Below, in pieces: positions 41,305 through 54,200 of a stretch of DNA of 64,000 bases (the first letter of the stretch is position 1; each line of letters starts with the position of its first letter). The notes below the pieces were generated by a model. The model had not been told where the DNA came from. It ran no database searches and saw only the letters and a program-made list of their open reading frames with translations. Made by a program: the position numbers and the translations under genes. The DNA is from the human T2T-CHM13v2.0 reference genome, Homo sapiens: the NCBI RefSeq assembly GCF_009914755.1, contig NC_060939.1. One strand, given 5' to 3'.

Positions 41305-42643
41305 TAAAATGATAGCCACCTGGCCCAACCAAAAAACACAATAAACATTAAAAATGAGATGTTCAGAGAACATCGTGAGCCGTCATCTCCTGCAGTGGGT
41401 TGCTGTTTTTCTGTGCTTTCAAGTGAGCATCTATATAGAATTCAAAAAATGGAGGCGAGACCAGATTTAGATTATTCTGTAGTTCAAAAGTCAAGCTGCT
41501 TACTAGTTGCATTTCCATTGAAAAAGCCACTGACATTACCAGAGAATACATAGTGCACTTTTAAAAGTCAAAGGAAATATATGAATCAGAAAAAAATGGC
41601 AGTGGATTCTCATTTTTTTGTCATCCAGTTTTCTGAAAATCTCCACAGGTTTCACCCCACCCTGTTTGCTCATTATTGGTATTTTCCTTTATTATCACAA
41701 TGTGTTTTCACTCCTGTGAAATTGGGCAAATTGAAAAAACAAAACAAAACAAAACAAAAAACCTGCCTCTCTCTTCCCTCTCTTGAAGTTGCAACTACCC
41801 TACCTCATTATACCTGAGCGGGAATCACAGAGAAAGTGCTCAATTCATCTATCACCTGGATTTCCACTATGAACTCTGCCGTCCTTTTTATTCTGGGGAA
41901 AATATTTTTTAGAATTCATCTCAGATATTGGATCATATTTCCTTTTGTTACTCATGTTAAATATTATTGTAAATTTGTGTTAAAAAAAGGTAAAGTTATG
42001 GTTATCTAAATTCAACCAACTCTAAGTTACATAAAAATCAATCAGAGCTAAATTGCGAAGATATTTAAACAAACATTGAAAATTTCACCAGACTTACAAG
42101 CTCATATCTTATTCCACAGGTAATTATCAAAATTCAAAAATTTTATATAAATATCAACATGGGCGATGAAATAAACTATTTCCTCCTCTACTAGGTAGAC
42201 AAATAGTTTTCCCCCTAAAAAAGAGTTGGACGTAGTCCTTATACTGTTCCTTACTGGCAAAGACAATGTCGATTTAAAAAGAGAATCACTATCCTGTAGT
42301 TGGCCACTTCTAGTGTGACTGCTAAGAAACATTTTCCTTCTCAACAAGACTACTTAAAAGGAATGCGTTAGTCTAACAGGCCTTGATATCTCACCATGAT
42401 TACAGAGAGCACTGATTCACACCCCACAGAAAAAGCCTTGAAGAATTCAGGCCTCCAACTCATGAGTTTGATAGGCTGTGTTTGCTTCTGTAAATACATG
42501 ACGAATTAGATCTGTCAAGACTTTCATTCTGTAAGAGGAGCAATAGTACCACAACTTAACACTGGAGCTTAATAATGATCCTGGAAACTTCTACCTTCCT
42601 CCTTAAGCACAAGTAAGTGTTGAGCTAATAAAAATACAAGTCT

Positions 42644-42880
42644 CCAGCCTAGGCACTATGGTTAAACCCCATCGCTACAAAAAATTTGAAAATTAGCTGG
42701 GCATGGTGGTACCTGTAGTACCTGTACCAGGTGGACCTGTTAGTCCCAGCTTCTAGGGAAGCTGAGGTAGGAGGATGGCTTAAACCCAGGAGGTCGAGGC
42801 TACAGTGAGCCACGAGCATGTCACTGCACTCCAACCTGGTTGACAGAGCAAGACCCTGTCTCAAAAAAATAGAAACAAAA
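42644..42880 (+). mobile_element. 5'-truncated AluJ
   Basis: ggaggatggcttaaacccaggaggtcgaggctacagtg, agaccctgtctc; TSD acaagtctc. Confidence 0.88.
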
Positions 42881-44202
42881 ACAAGTCTCACTCCTCACTC
42901 CTCAGTTGTACATTGCCCCACCAGCGATACATTCCAGTTTCAATTGTGAACAGTTTATTCAAGATCTTTTCTCTTTGTTTCTTCCAGATTCCTAACTTCT
43001 GAATTTACTTTAATAACATTTACATTAAAAATTGGACTAAAATGCCCTACTTTAAACACAAAATGCATGTTCTTTTGCTTTCTTCTCCATAGCTGCTTGT
43101 TCCCTTATCTACATTGAATTGAATCAATTATCATTCCACTTTCCCAGTATGCTGATTCTCCAGTTATCACAGAGCTAACTTCTTCCTAGAGAAGATCCCA
43201 GTACTCATCACTTAGAAATGGCTTTAAAATCCAAAAAATACCTGATGTCCATCACACCCAAGGCTCTGTATTCCTTTATAAAAACATGATACATTATAAG
43301 TCCAATGTACCACACCAACAACCCATGAGCTATAACATGGGGCCACTGGCAGAGAATGCAGCAGAATCACTTTTATTAGGTTTTGCCTCAGCAGGAAGGA
43401 GCAAAGTGACCCCCAGATGCAAAACTAATGGGCAGTGAACAAAGAGGGTAAGACCGGGTTTTCCTTACAAATCAACAGGCTCGTGTTCCCTGGAATTGGT
43501 ATCTGCCTCACATCTAACTGGCCAAAGTGTTATACCTGGCTGGGTTTAATTTGTTATTTATGTCAGCTTTGCATATTTGTAAGGTTCAAGGGTTTATTGC
43601 CCTGGCCTGACCTTGCCAAGTCAGAGTTAACATGTGGTTCTCTAGTAGCAGTTTCTTTCTAATAAACTTTACTTGAAAGAACATGTGTGATAGATTTTGC
43701 TCATGATTAAAAAGAACAGTTCTATGTTCATTGTTCCCCAATTTGGTTTTGAAGTTCTGTTGAAAGTCACCTCTGAACTTAAAAAACAAAATCCAAAATA
43801 TTATTCTCTTTTAAATTTCATTGAAGACCTTTATTGTACTTTGTGTTTTAGAATGCTGCTTTATGACTGTTCTAAAAGATTAATGTGATCCTCTAAAACC
43901 AAGCTAAATAATATATTTCCAAATCGTTCATAAGATTTGGCACATAGTTTAATTTTGGTTATGAGAATTGGTAAAGTTCAGTAAGCAATCTCTAGTTTAG
44001 AAACAAGAAATTATTAGTGTGTGTGCATACACACATAAACATATACATATATACGCATATATATCCACATATATTCATACACACACATATATAACACAAT
44101 ATAATACAATACAGCAGAGTGAGTGTAGGATAGAAGATAGCAGGGTTAGTGAAAATCGTCCTTAATTTGCTTGCTTAGTTCCCTACCATTATTAATGTAT
44201 AG

Positions 44203-44554
<352 letters not shown>

Positions 44555-44610
44555 TAAGAGCCAACATCCATAACATTAGAAATTGGCTGCTGGAGGGGGA
44601 CTCCCAAATC

Positions 44611-44725
44611 TAGGATGACCTGATTTGTCTGGGTTTATCCGGGAGTTTCTTAGTTGGAAAATTAGAAGTCTCATCTCTCAAGAACTCCCTCTGGTCCAGG
44701 CAAACTGAGATGATTAATTATTCTA
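44611..44725. mobile_element. MER94-like hAT-Blackjack MITE
   Basis: taggatgacc..gggtttatccgggag...ccaggcaaactgagatgattaattattcta, degenerate terminal inverted repeats. Confidence 0.55.
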
Positions 44726-45844
44726 CAGTCCCCATATCTACCTGGCAAGGTTTCTGGCTCCATTTTCTTTTAGTTGATCCAGGGTATCTATTAAATGTAA
44801 ACATTGTCTTCAAAAGCTAATGGACAGAAACATTCATCAAAATCTAAATAAATTCATTGGCCTGTTCATTGGAGTGAAAATGAATGGAACTTCAACTTAA
44901 CCTGTTGAAGACAACAAGAACACTAATTGTCCCTTTTAGTTCATTTCAGGATGACAAAATCCGTTAACTCGGATAAAATGCATCTTAACTATATTAAACT
45001 CAATAGTTTTAAAAATTTTTATTCTTTTTTAATGCTTTTCTGCTCTGCTTTTGATTTTGAAACCCTGAATCTTCACGAAGTCCTGGAACAATAGCAGAAG
45101 TGTCATTGTTTTCCCATCAAAATCTAGGTAGTAGAGAGCAGGAACCCAATTTGTCTGGCCAATGAAAAGATATGAGTAGTTACAGCTTGTGGGGCTGCAC
45201 TGTTGGTGAGCATTATTCTTCTCCAGGAAAAATAAATGAGAACCAACTCACAGCTTTATACACAGTTGTCCTCATACAGTCCTAACCTCAGATTACTCTG
45301 TCTTTTTGCTTACGTGTAGAGAAACTTTCCTATTTTATCTTATTATTTAAAAATAAAAATATGATTAAAACCATGATAGAATCTACAGTACAAAAATAGT
45401 CAAATTAGTTCAAAGTTGTGTGATCTGGGAATCAAGAAGAAAATATCACTTAGGAGATATTTAGGCGATACGTATCATAAAACACATATGAGATATATAT
45501 ATATGTATATATATATTTCCCTATTTATTTGCAACAACTGAACATAGGAAAGTGAGAGGTTGAACTGAGAAAGAAAATAATTATTTAAGTGGGTTTGTGT
45601 TTCAAAACCCCTAAAAAGTGTTGCAGGGGTATCTGAGGATTATTGTTTTTCTGAGATCTCTGTTTGATATGAGGACAGCTATGCCTTAACAGGGGAACAA
45701 CTAGGTAAGGCAACCTCTCCACGTCTCTAGCCCTGCAACTTGTGCTCCTGTGGCCTCATCTCTCTTCTGCTCTGTTGTTGCTTGTTTCTGTAACTCCAGT
45801 GTAATGCAAATGTATTTCCTCAACAGAATCCTACACTTATAACT

Positions 45845-45882
45845 CTGTGTGTGTGTGAGAGTGTGTGTGCGCACACGCGTGG

Positions 45883-45913
<31 letters not shown>
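45845..45913. repeat. compound (TG)n/CG microsatellite
   Basis: tgtgtgtgcgcacacgcgtg embedded in TG runs. Confidence 0.9.
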
Positions 45914-45915
<2 letters not shown>

Positions 45916-48769
45916 GGAAGTGGGGCGAGCACAGTAGGGAGATGAAGAGCTAGATGTGAATTGGACCATAAGTGCATTATTGAGGGTTTATATCTTCCTT
46001 TGAAGTATACAGCATTAGCCACTGTCAGGGAGAAGATACCAAGCCAGACAGTAATTGCAATAATGGAACAGACAAATGGTCTATGTCCCCATTAAAGTCA
46101 TCAACACCTCTAATTTTTGAAAGGGGCTTGTTTGAAATACAGTAATTGTGATTATGTTGTCCATAAAGGCTATGGGCGATCAGCAATTGTCAGCATGCCC
46201 AGTGCCTTTCCAACATCCTTCTGGACAGAGATAACTAAATCTGAACGCTAAAGCACAATTTATTTCTGAATAACCTTACAGAAAGGGTGTTTTATAAGGT
46301 TTAAAAATTTAATACAGCATCTAAGTAACACCTTTCCTTTGTAACACTTCATTTTTTCGGATTTTTTTTAAACTCTCTGCTTTCAAGTCCTCTAATATGC
46401 AGCATTTACTCGAAAACCAAACAGTTCTGGCATTCTCTCTTCCTCTCAATGCTCTGCCCAACCCTTTCATAATTATGCCCTTCTCTGTTTCCTTGATATT
46501 TCCCCTGGGCACTTCTGTCTTTCCTATAAAGTTCTCCTCTCTCTCCTCAGCTTGCCCTTCTTCTTCTGAGCCTTGTAATTGTGTTTCAACAAGGTCACAC
46601 TCAGAAAACATTGACAACGTCATATCCACAGAATTCTGGATAGAGAAATCCTCAAAGTCCGAGAGAGAAAAAATAAGCTTTTTTTTTTGAACAAATCCTT
46701 AAAGCATTTTCTAAGACCCTAAGAACTTAATTCTGGTGGTAAATATTTTGCTCTGAAGGAAACAAAGACACAAGGAACACCAGTTTAATTTCAGAGGCCA
46801 CTGGACATTTTGAACTGATTATCTTTAGAGAGGACCATGTGCCATGAAGTTCTTAGTTCATGCTGAAGAATGAAATTGTTTCCATCAAGAGGAGTTGTGT
46901 CACATAAATAATGTCAATTAATGGAATAAAAATAATTTGAAGTGAAATGTCATCAGCTTATACTGTTACCCTCCTTCTAAATAGCTAGCACTTAATCTAA
47001 GAATAACAGTTTAAACTACACACCATCTACTAGAAAACCTCATTATTAACAAGAATTTTTCATCCTGATTCTCTTGACCTATCGAAAGCCAAAACTCAAC
47101 ACGTTGCCATTTAATCTTTAACAAGGTCCTAGGTTATTGAAACCAGTATGAAATGAAATTTATGGGCTAACATTTAACTGTTATTCTCCACATCTTCCCA
47201 GGTTACTCTCCATTCTGGGGAACCATCTTTTATTAGCATGAGTAAATATATAAAAGCCCACTGCTAAAACACTTAACAGATCTTCTCTGTCAAGGCTGTG
47301 AACTGCAGTGTCCACTCCATTTGGAGGTCCCTGCTTCTTTTTTTCTTCCTTTGTTTAAAATATGCTGACCACACAGTGACCTCTCCTAACCTATCAGTCG
47401 AAAATTACAACCAGCCACACAAACAAGCAGACCGGGGTCAGAAGGAGCAGGATCTGCTAAAAGTTAGTAATCATACATTAATTCCCTGACATAATTAATC
47501 AAAATGAACCACTGTTATCTAGCAAGAAACCTTTAACCTATTACAAAGGGGTCAATTTGCGAACCACTTGAGCCTGGGAGTTTGGTACAAATAGCATACG
47601 CCCTTCATCCGGGATGCCCTAAGTAGGGAAAAATGCCTTTGAAGTCCCAAATCTACTAGATTTAGATATAATTTCATCAATCAAGTTAAAAGCCTGCCTC
47701 CCTCCAGAAGGATTTTGTGGAGCTCTGTCAACCAGCTTCGTTGAGTGGTGACTGAAAATCCATTTGTAAGGTATTTTTTTTGGACACGAGTCGACTAGAA
47801 TAGGTCCGACCTGACAAAAGAGGCAAGAGTTTATCAAATTGAAGAGGAAGAAGGAAGATGTGTGGGGCAACTCATTTTCCCCTTGCAAGAAGAGTAGTAA
47901 ATCGGATGTTTGTTATGCACATGAACTGGTACATGCTTCCATTTTCAAGATTAAACCTGTCAGGTGTTTAAAATCGATATTTACATGGTGCAGGCACACG
48001 GTAGGAAAAAAAACAGAAGAATTAAAAACGGTTTCACTGTAATTCAGGGGAATTTTTTTGTAGTTTTGCACATGTATAAATGGAGCATTGGCCTTCAGTC
48101 ATATTGCAAGCACCCTCCCAGGATATGCGTAGGTGTTCATTTACAGAAAACAGATAAGCACAGTTTTGTTTGTATTCCTCTCACCATTAATTTCTAACAT
48201 CCCCAGAGATTGAAGGTGTTGCCAAGGGCCCCAAAATACCTTCAGCTGAAATTGTTACATCACTAATGTGCTTAGAAACTTACATCTATCATATCATACT
48301 TTCTGAGTTGGAAGACATCAAAAACCAAAAAGGATATATTGTATTTTGAAAGGATTTATATGGAAATACACATGCCTTTTGATAGGATCAAACATATCAC
48401 ATATTTCAAAACTGATGATGGTCATCAATTTCAGAATTAATGTCTGGCAAAGCATTGACACTACTCTTACCATGGTTACCTGAGAAATTGATCCGGATAG
48501 GAAGGCCCTTGCAATTATTTATTTCAATCCTGGGCCATTTCAAACAGTTTTTCAGTGAATTGCTCTGTTTTCTTCCCACACATTCGACACATATTTCACT
48601 GAATTTGATCACTGCAGTGGGCCCAAGGGCACTTGCTGGGAGGTTCTTCAATATGGTGAGTACTGTCATATAGAGCTGTGGATAAGGCAACTTGAATGAT
48701 GCATTTAATTCTTCCTAACCAGTAGATACTTGGAGGTATTGTATTATTCACCTTGCTATTTCAGTCTTG

Positions 48770-49180
48770 AATCCATTTTAGAGATGAAAAAATGGAGGCC
48801 CAGAGGGATTCAATACTTTAGTCAAGAACACACACACCCAGTCCAGGAGTGGTGGCTTATGCCTATAATCCCAGAACTTTGGAAGACAGAGGCAGGTGGA
48901 TCACTTGAGGCCAGGAGTTTAAGACCAGCCTGGCCAACATGGCGAAATGTCTCTACTAAAAATACAAAAATTAGCCAGGTTTGGCGGTGTGAGGCACAAG
49001 ATTCATTTGAACCTGGGAGGTGGAGGTTGCAGTGAGCCGAGATTGCACCATTGCACTCCAGCCAGGGCGACAGAGCAAGAGTGTCTCAAAAAAAAAAAAA
49101 AAGAAGAAGAAGAAGAAGAAGAACACACACCCAGTAGCACCTGAACAGGTATTCAGATAAAGGTCAGTTTGTCTTCATAT
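48770..49180 (-). mobile_element. MIR interrupted by an Alu
   Basis: ccattttagagatgaaaaaatggaggcccagagg...caagaacacacacccag | tagcacctgaacaggtattc. Confidence 0.6.
48841..49118 (+). mobile_element. Alu (old S/Jb-like) with a right-arm deletion
   Basis: the cctgtaatcccagctact block is missing; TSD acacacacccag; (GAA)n tail. Confidence 0.92.
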
Positions 49181-49479
49181 CAAGTTCATTTTTTTTTTCA
49201 GAAAGCAACCTTCAAAAAACAACAAAAAACAAACACAAAAAAAAAGCTTCTGTGGAGATGAAACATAATGAGAATCTGCCAGAACAACCCCTCCATTTTT
49301 CTCAGTATAACTCACTATCCAGAACAAGAAAAAGAAAGTATCTTTCCTCAACCCCCACCTAGTAATTTGCTCAGCTGGAAACAGCAGCCCTTCAAATCCA
49401 TTCTACCCTCTGAGCTCAAGCCCTCCTGGCCCTGTTTCTGTTCCTGAGACATGTCAAGTTTGTCTCCTCCTCAGGTCTC

Positions 49480-49830
49480 TTCCCCACTATGCACTCCCTT
49501 CCACCTGGAAGGCTCTTCCCCTCACTAGTTGCTTCACCTGGCCCCTCTACCACTTGCCGGTCTCAATTTAAGTGTCCCTTCCTCAGAAAGGCCTTCTCTG
49601 GCCTAGCTATCTGAAGCCATCCTTTCCTCCTACCCCCAGCCACAGCATAATCACCTCATTAGGCTTTGTCCCCAGCCTTCTTCACAATCCCAAGTGCACT
49701 GCTTGTTTCATTTATTTAACATATCTTTCCATCTCATCTCCCCCACCAAGTGGTGGGATCTTGTCTGTCTTATTGTGGTGTTCCAACTGCCTAGCACGGT
49801 GCCTGAGTGCAGGCGGGAATGAATGAATAG
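49480..49830 (+). mobile_element. L2 3' region
   Basis: cttcctcagaaaggccttctctg...gcctagcacggtgcctg..gaatgaatgaat. Confidence 0.7.
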
Positions 49831-50445
49831 CTTCTGGCAAGGTCATGCTCTGACTTTGGAGGCTAATTCTTGATTCAGCTGTGGAAGGAGCAACTATGGC
49901 TCTGGGAGTTTCTGTAACTTGGGAATGGGCAGCAAAGAGACTAAATCACCTCTTTTGGCAAAGTTGTAAGGGATTTCAATCCATGGACTTCCTGTTCAGC
50001 ATGAATATTAGGGATTTTTGCTCTCCTCCAAATGGATCTCTGAAGATGTTGGGACCATTTGTATAGTTTATTTCTCTTTAGCAGAAGGCCAGGTGTGTTC
50101 TATGAATTCAAACCTGTTTCAAGAGTACATGTAACAAAAAACACAGAGGTTGCCTCCTGGTGAACGGCCCCAACATGCCAGGATCAATTTTCAGGTCCCC
50201 TTAGCAACCCTCAAGAAACCGCTTGTTGTCACTCTGCAGATGAGGACATAGAGGCTCAGTGAGGAACAACAGTTCCTGAGAAGTAGCCTAACTCCAAATA
50301 CCATGCACTCCTGCAACCCTGTGCCATCTGGTCATCACACAGAACAAGGAGACAAACAACACTAAATAACATATAAATGCTAGATGTAAATAAAAGACTT
50401 CGCAGCACACGCTCATGAGTTTCATCATTTAAAAATAACCAAATA

Positions 50446-50485
50446 TGTTAAAGAGTCTGGCACCTCCCTCCCCCCTCTCTCTCTT

Positions 50486-50539
<54 letters not shown>

Positions 50540-50708
50540 TGATGTGCCTGCTCCCCTTTGTGTTCCACCATGAGGGAAAGCTTCCTGAGGCCTCATCAGA
50601 AGCTGAGCAGGTAGATGCTGGTGCCATGCTTCTTCTACAGCCTGCAGAAACATGAGCCAAATAAATCCCTCTTCTTTACCAAAAGAAAAAAGAAAAGAAA
50701 AGAAAAAG
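50446..50708 (+). mobile_element. MST (MSTA/B-like) LTR fragment with A-rich tail and TSD; probable L1-mediated retrocopy
   Basis: aaagagtctggcacctcc..(TC)n..ccatgtgatgtgcctgctcccc..cttcctgaggcctca..catgagccaaataaa; A-rich tail from 50681; TSD aaaataaccaaata. Confidence 0.85.
50475..50535. repeat. (TC)n microsatellite expanded inside the MST fragment
   Basis: seen directly. Confidence 0.95.
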
Positions 50709-50845
50709 AAAATAACCAAATAAAAAGCACTGATGATTTATTTTAGATAATAGTAGATCATATTTAGTAACTATCATTCACCCCAATAAAGAATACAGAA
50801 TTATCCACTGTTAAGTTTGACTGGCTTGAAAAAGAAAAGAATACA

Positions 50846-51135
<290 letters not shown>

Positions 51136-51139
51136 GGAA

Positions 51140-51225
51140 GGGAGCAGAAGGGAGGGGTGGGGGAGGGGGAGGAGAAGGGGAGGGTGAGGGAGGAGGGGAG
51201 GGGAGGGGAGGGGAGGGAGGGGAGA
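51140..51225 (+). repeat. G-rich polypurine tract (G-quadruplex potential)
   Basis: more than 10 runs of 3 or more G separated by short loops. Confidence 0.85.
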
Positions 51226-54200
51226 AAGAAACTGCATGCTCCATTTCAAAAGGACTGACTGACAGCCAAAAGTCATGTCGTCACTGTCCCATGGTGACCA
51301 GTCTTAGGATGCTAATGGTTTTGTAGGCAGAGTGCTTCTCCTTACACATCCCATGGGTCCCTCACTTTCTGTCTGTGAGTGTGCAACCAGGGGCTATGAA
51401 CAGAGTGCCTTGAAGTCACCTACCGGGGTGACTAGCACGAGTGCATGAGAACCCTGACTCACAGAAGCACCTGGAAGCTCTTCTAAAACTACTACTTTAA
51501 GCACGAAGATGAGGAAAAACCATGGCCATCCTCTCACTTGAGACTCTAACATCACACCTGTTCCAGCGGCTCCTAACCTTCACATGCCCTCTCTCCCAGC
51601 CAGCTCCCCAGGAGCCCAGGTTTTAACTGGGCCTGGATTTCCTTCCCCAGTAGACAACGGTGGCAAGCCTCCCAAGCCTTCCCTTGACCTGGGAGGCTCC
51701 TCATGTGCTACTGGTCCCCACACATTTAAAGCTCAGTCCTGCCCGGGAGACTTGGAGGAATGTGATACCTGGGCCACCCTGCTTGTCTTTCAAACTGCAA
51801 GGCAACATTGTTGAGAAAATGTGTGGATGAAATACAATGCTCAGCGACCTGTGCCTCCACAGGGCTGTCCAAACAGCAGAATGATGCCAAACTGGCCCAC
51901 GCTCACAGAGCCGGGTGACAAGAGAGGCAGTTGTGATCTTGTGAGCAGTCTGGGGATTCAGTCTTGTTCATGTCAGGTACTTCCCAAGAACGCAAGGCAG
52001 ACGACATGATTTTATAAATTTGCAAAAGCTTCACACCTTGAGACAAGATCCCAATTGTACAGTGGATATGCAAGGAAAAAAAATCTGGAAAGAAACTCGA
52101 AAATTACTACTATTCTCAAGGAAGATACAAATCTAGGCCAAAAAGGCTACTTATTACAACCAGCTCATCGGAGCCCTTCTAAAAATTTCTCGTCACATGT
52201 TCACCCTTGACAAGGAGTAAGGGAATTATATTAAGTTAAATTTATATCTTCTATATTCTCCCACTGAAACACTTTATTTTATTTTTTAGTAACAATCTTG
52301 GGTATTTATTTTACAAAGTCATTAAAACCAAATGAAGGAAGCTTGCTGTTAACTTGTGAGAAGCTTTATATATGCTGTCGGAGAAGTTCTAGCCAGAAGA
52401 AATGTTTAGCACCTCACAGTGGGTCATGGCTTTAAAAATTATTAACATAAGTTGCCAATATAGTAAGTACACCAAAGAATAAATGCTTTCTGGAGACAGA
52501 GGTCAGGGGGACTTCAAAACAATTTCAAAACTGGCTCTTAAGGGGGTTTCCAGCAAGACAGTTCATCATCCCAAGAAAGACGGTGAGATACTGATAGGGG
52601 CTTTTGCTAGAACCAAAAGAATTTACGTTTAATTCCACCTCTCTTTCAACTGGCTGTTGGACTTTGAGATGGCTACAGGGCTCTCTAAGCCTGAGTTTTG
52701 CTATCTGTAAAATGGAGGCATTAATATTTACCTTTGAGGATTGAGAAAACTAGACGATATGTGTTGCACCCAACAAGTGGGGACTATTGTTTTATCCCTG
52801 AAAGACTTAGCCAGTGCAAATGCGGTGCAGTTTCATGTCTCCGAGTTGCACATTTCTCTGAATGGAATTCAACTTCTGACTCTCCTGGGCTACATCATAT
52901 TGCTCTGATTGTTCAAAGATGAGGACTTTGGATTTAAAGCTAGGTTATAGAACACAAAGGGAATTCTTCCTAAGAGGAATCGACTTTGGTTATTAAAATA
53001 CTCTTTTTTCTAGGGCAGCTTTACCTAGGCAAGATTATATGACCCCCTAGGGTGCCTCCAATGATCTCTGGAGATATTGGAAAATTCTCAAGTTATTCTG
53101 AAATAAAAATTATTTTAAAGTAAATTCACTTGGGTTTTAGAATTTGCATGTGCCCTATATGGGCATGCGTTTTCGGTTATGTGACAATGCTATGGAATGG
53201 AGAAAAAAATGGTGTGCCGAAGTTCCAAAAGATTGGTAATCCTTTTTACATATGGTTGTGAATGGCTCTCTTGGTTTCTCATTGTAAGAATTCCCACATT
53301 CTTACAACCCAGTAAGTCAAAGGTAAGGTCTGTTATGAGGCTAAAAACATCAGAAAAAAACCAGGGGCTTGTGCAGGTGTCTGTGCATCTACTTAAAATC
53401 TAGAAGTGTTGGTTTTTCTCACTAAGTAGTGGATAATCATCAGAGTGAGCCTCGCGTTGGCCTTTCACCAAACCAGTGTGCAGAGGAGGAAGCAAGAAGA
53501 TCTCGTGTGCACAGCCCTTCCCTTTTCCTTCTTCCCCAGGGTCCTTCGCTCAAAGCATTCCTTGGTGTCCACCAACACACATGGGCCCCCAGCCCTACTT
53601 AGTGTCTAGTAGGATGACTGTTAGGATGACTGTTCAGGAAGCAACTTCCAGCTTCTCCCCAGGAATGCTTAGCCCTTCTTTCAGAACTCTGCCATTCACT
53701 GGCCCCAAATACTGCTAATTAAATCCAGGACAATTCAGAAAATCATGGAAATGCCTTCCAGAAATAAGAATGGGTTCTCCTCTTCACTCCAAAGATGTAA
53801 ATTTCAAGCAATTATAATCTACCTTTAAAAATTAATGCAAAGCACGTAGATGTTGGCCAGGTTTTTAAAAACCTATAGATGCTGGTTAGGGAGAGAGAGA
53901 AGAAAAAAAAAAAAGAAAAGGAAAGGTAAGAAAAACAAAGAAATGGAAAATGACTTCCCTCCAAAGTCTCCTTTCATGATATAAGCAAATCAACAACTTC
54001 CATCAGTTGACATGATTTCCAAAATGAAAACATTACTGACTTGGTCACTTGAAAAATCCACTAAAGATCATTCTTTTTCAGACTGGTAAGAGCTAAGCAG
54101 ATTTCCTATTTGAAATTGTGCTGAGAATGTTCTATTGTCAGTGCCAGAAGCTTCATGTCCATATACTGGGTCCAACCAGTTTTAAACGTGGTGGGCGATA

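Noticed and set aside
53610-53633. 12-bp tandem duplication taggatgactgt x2
   Set aside because: An ordinary slippage-type event with no evidence of function.
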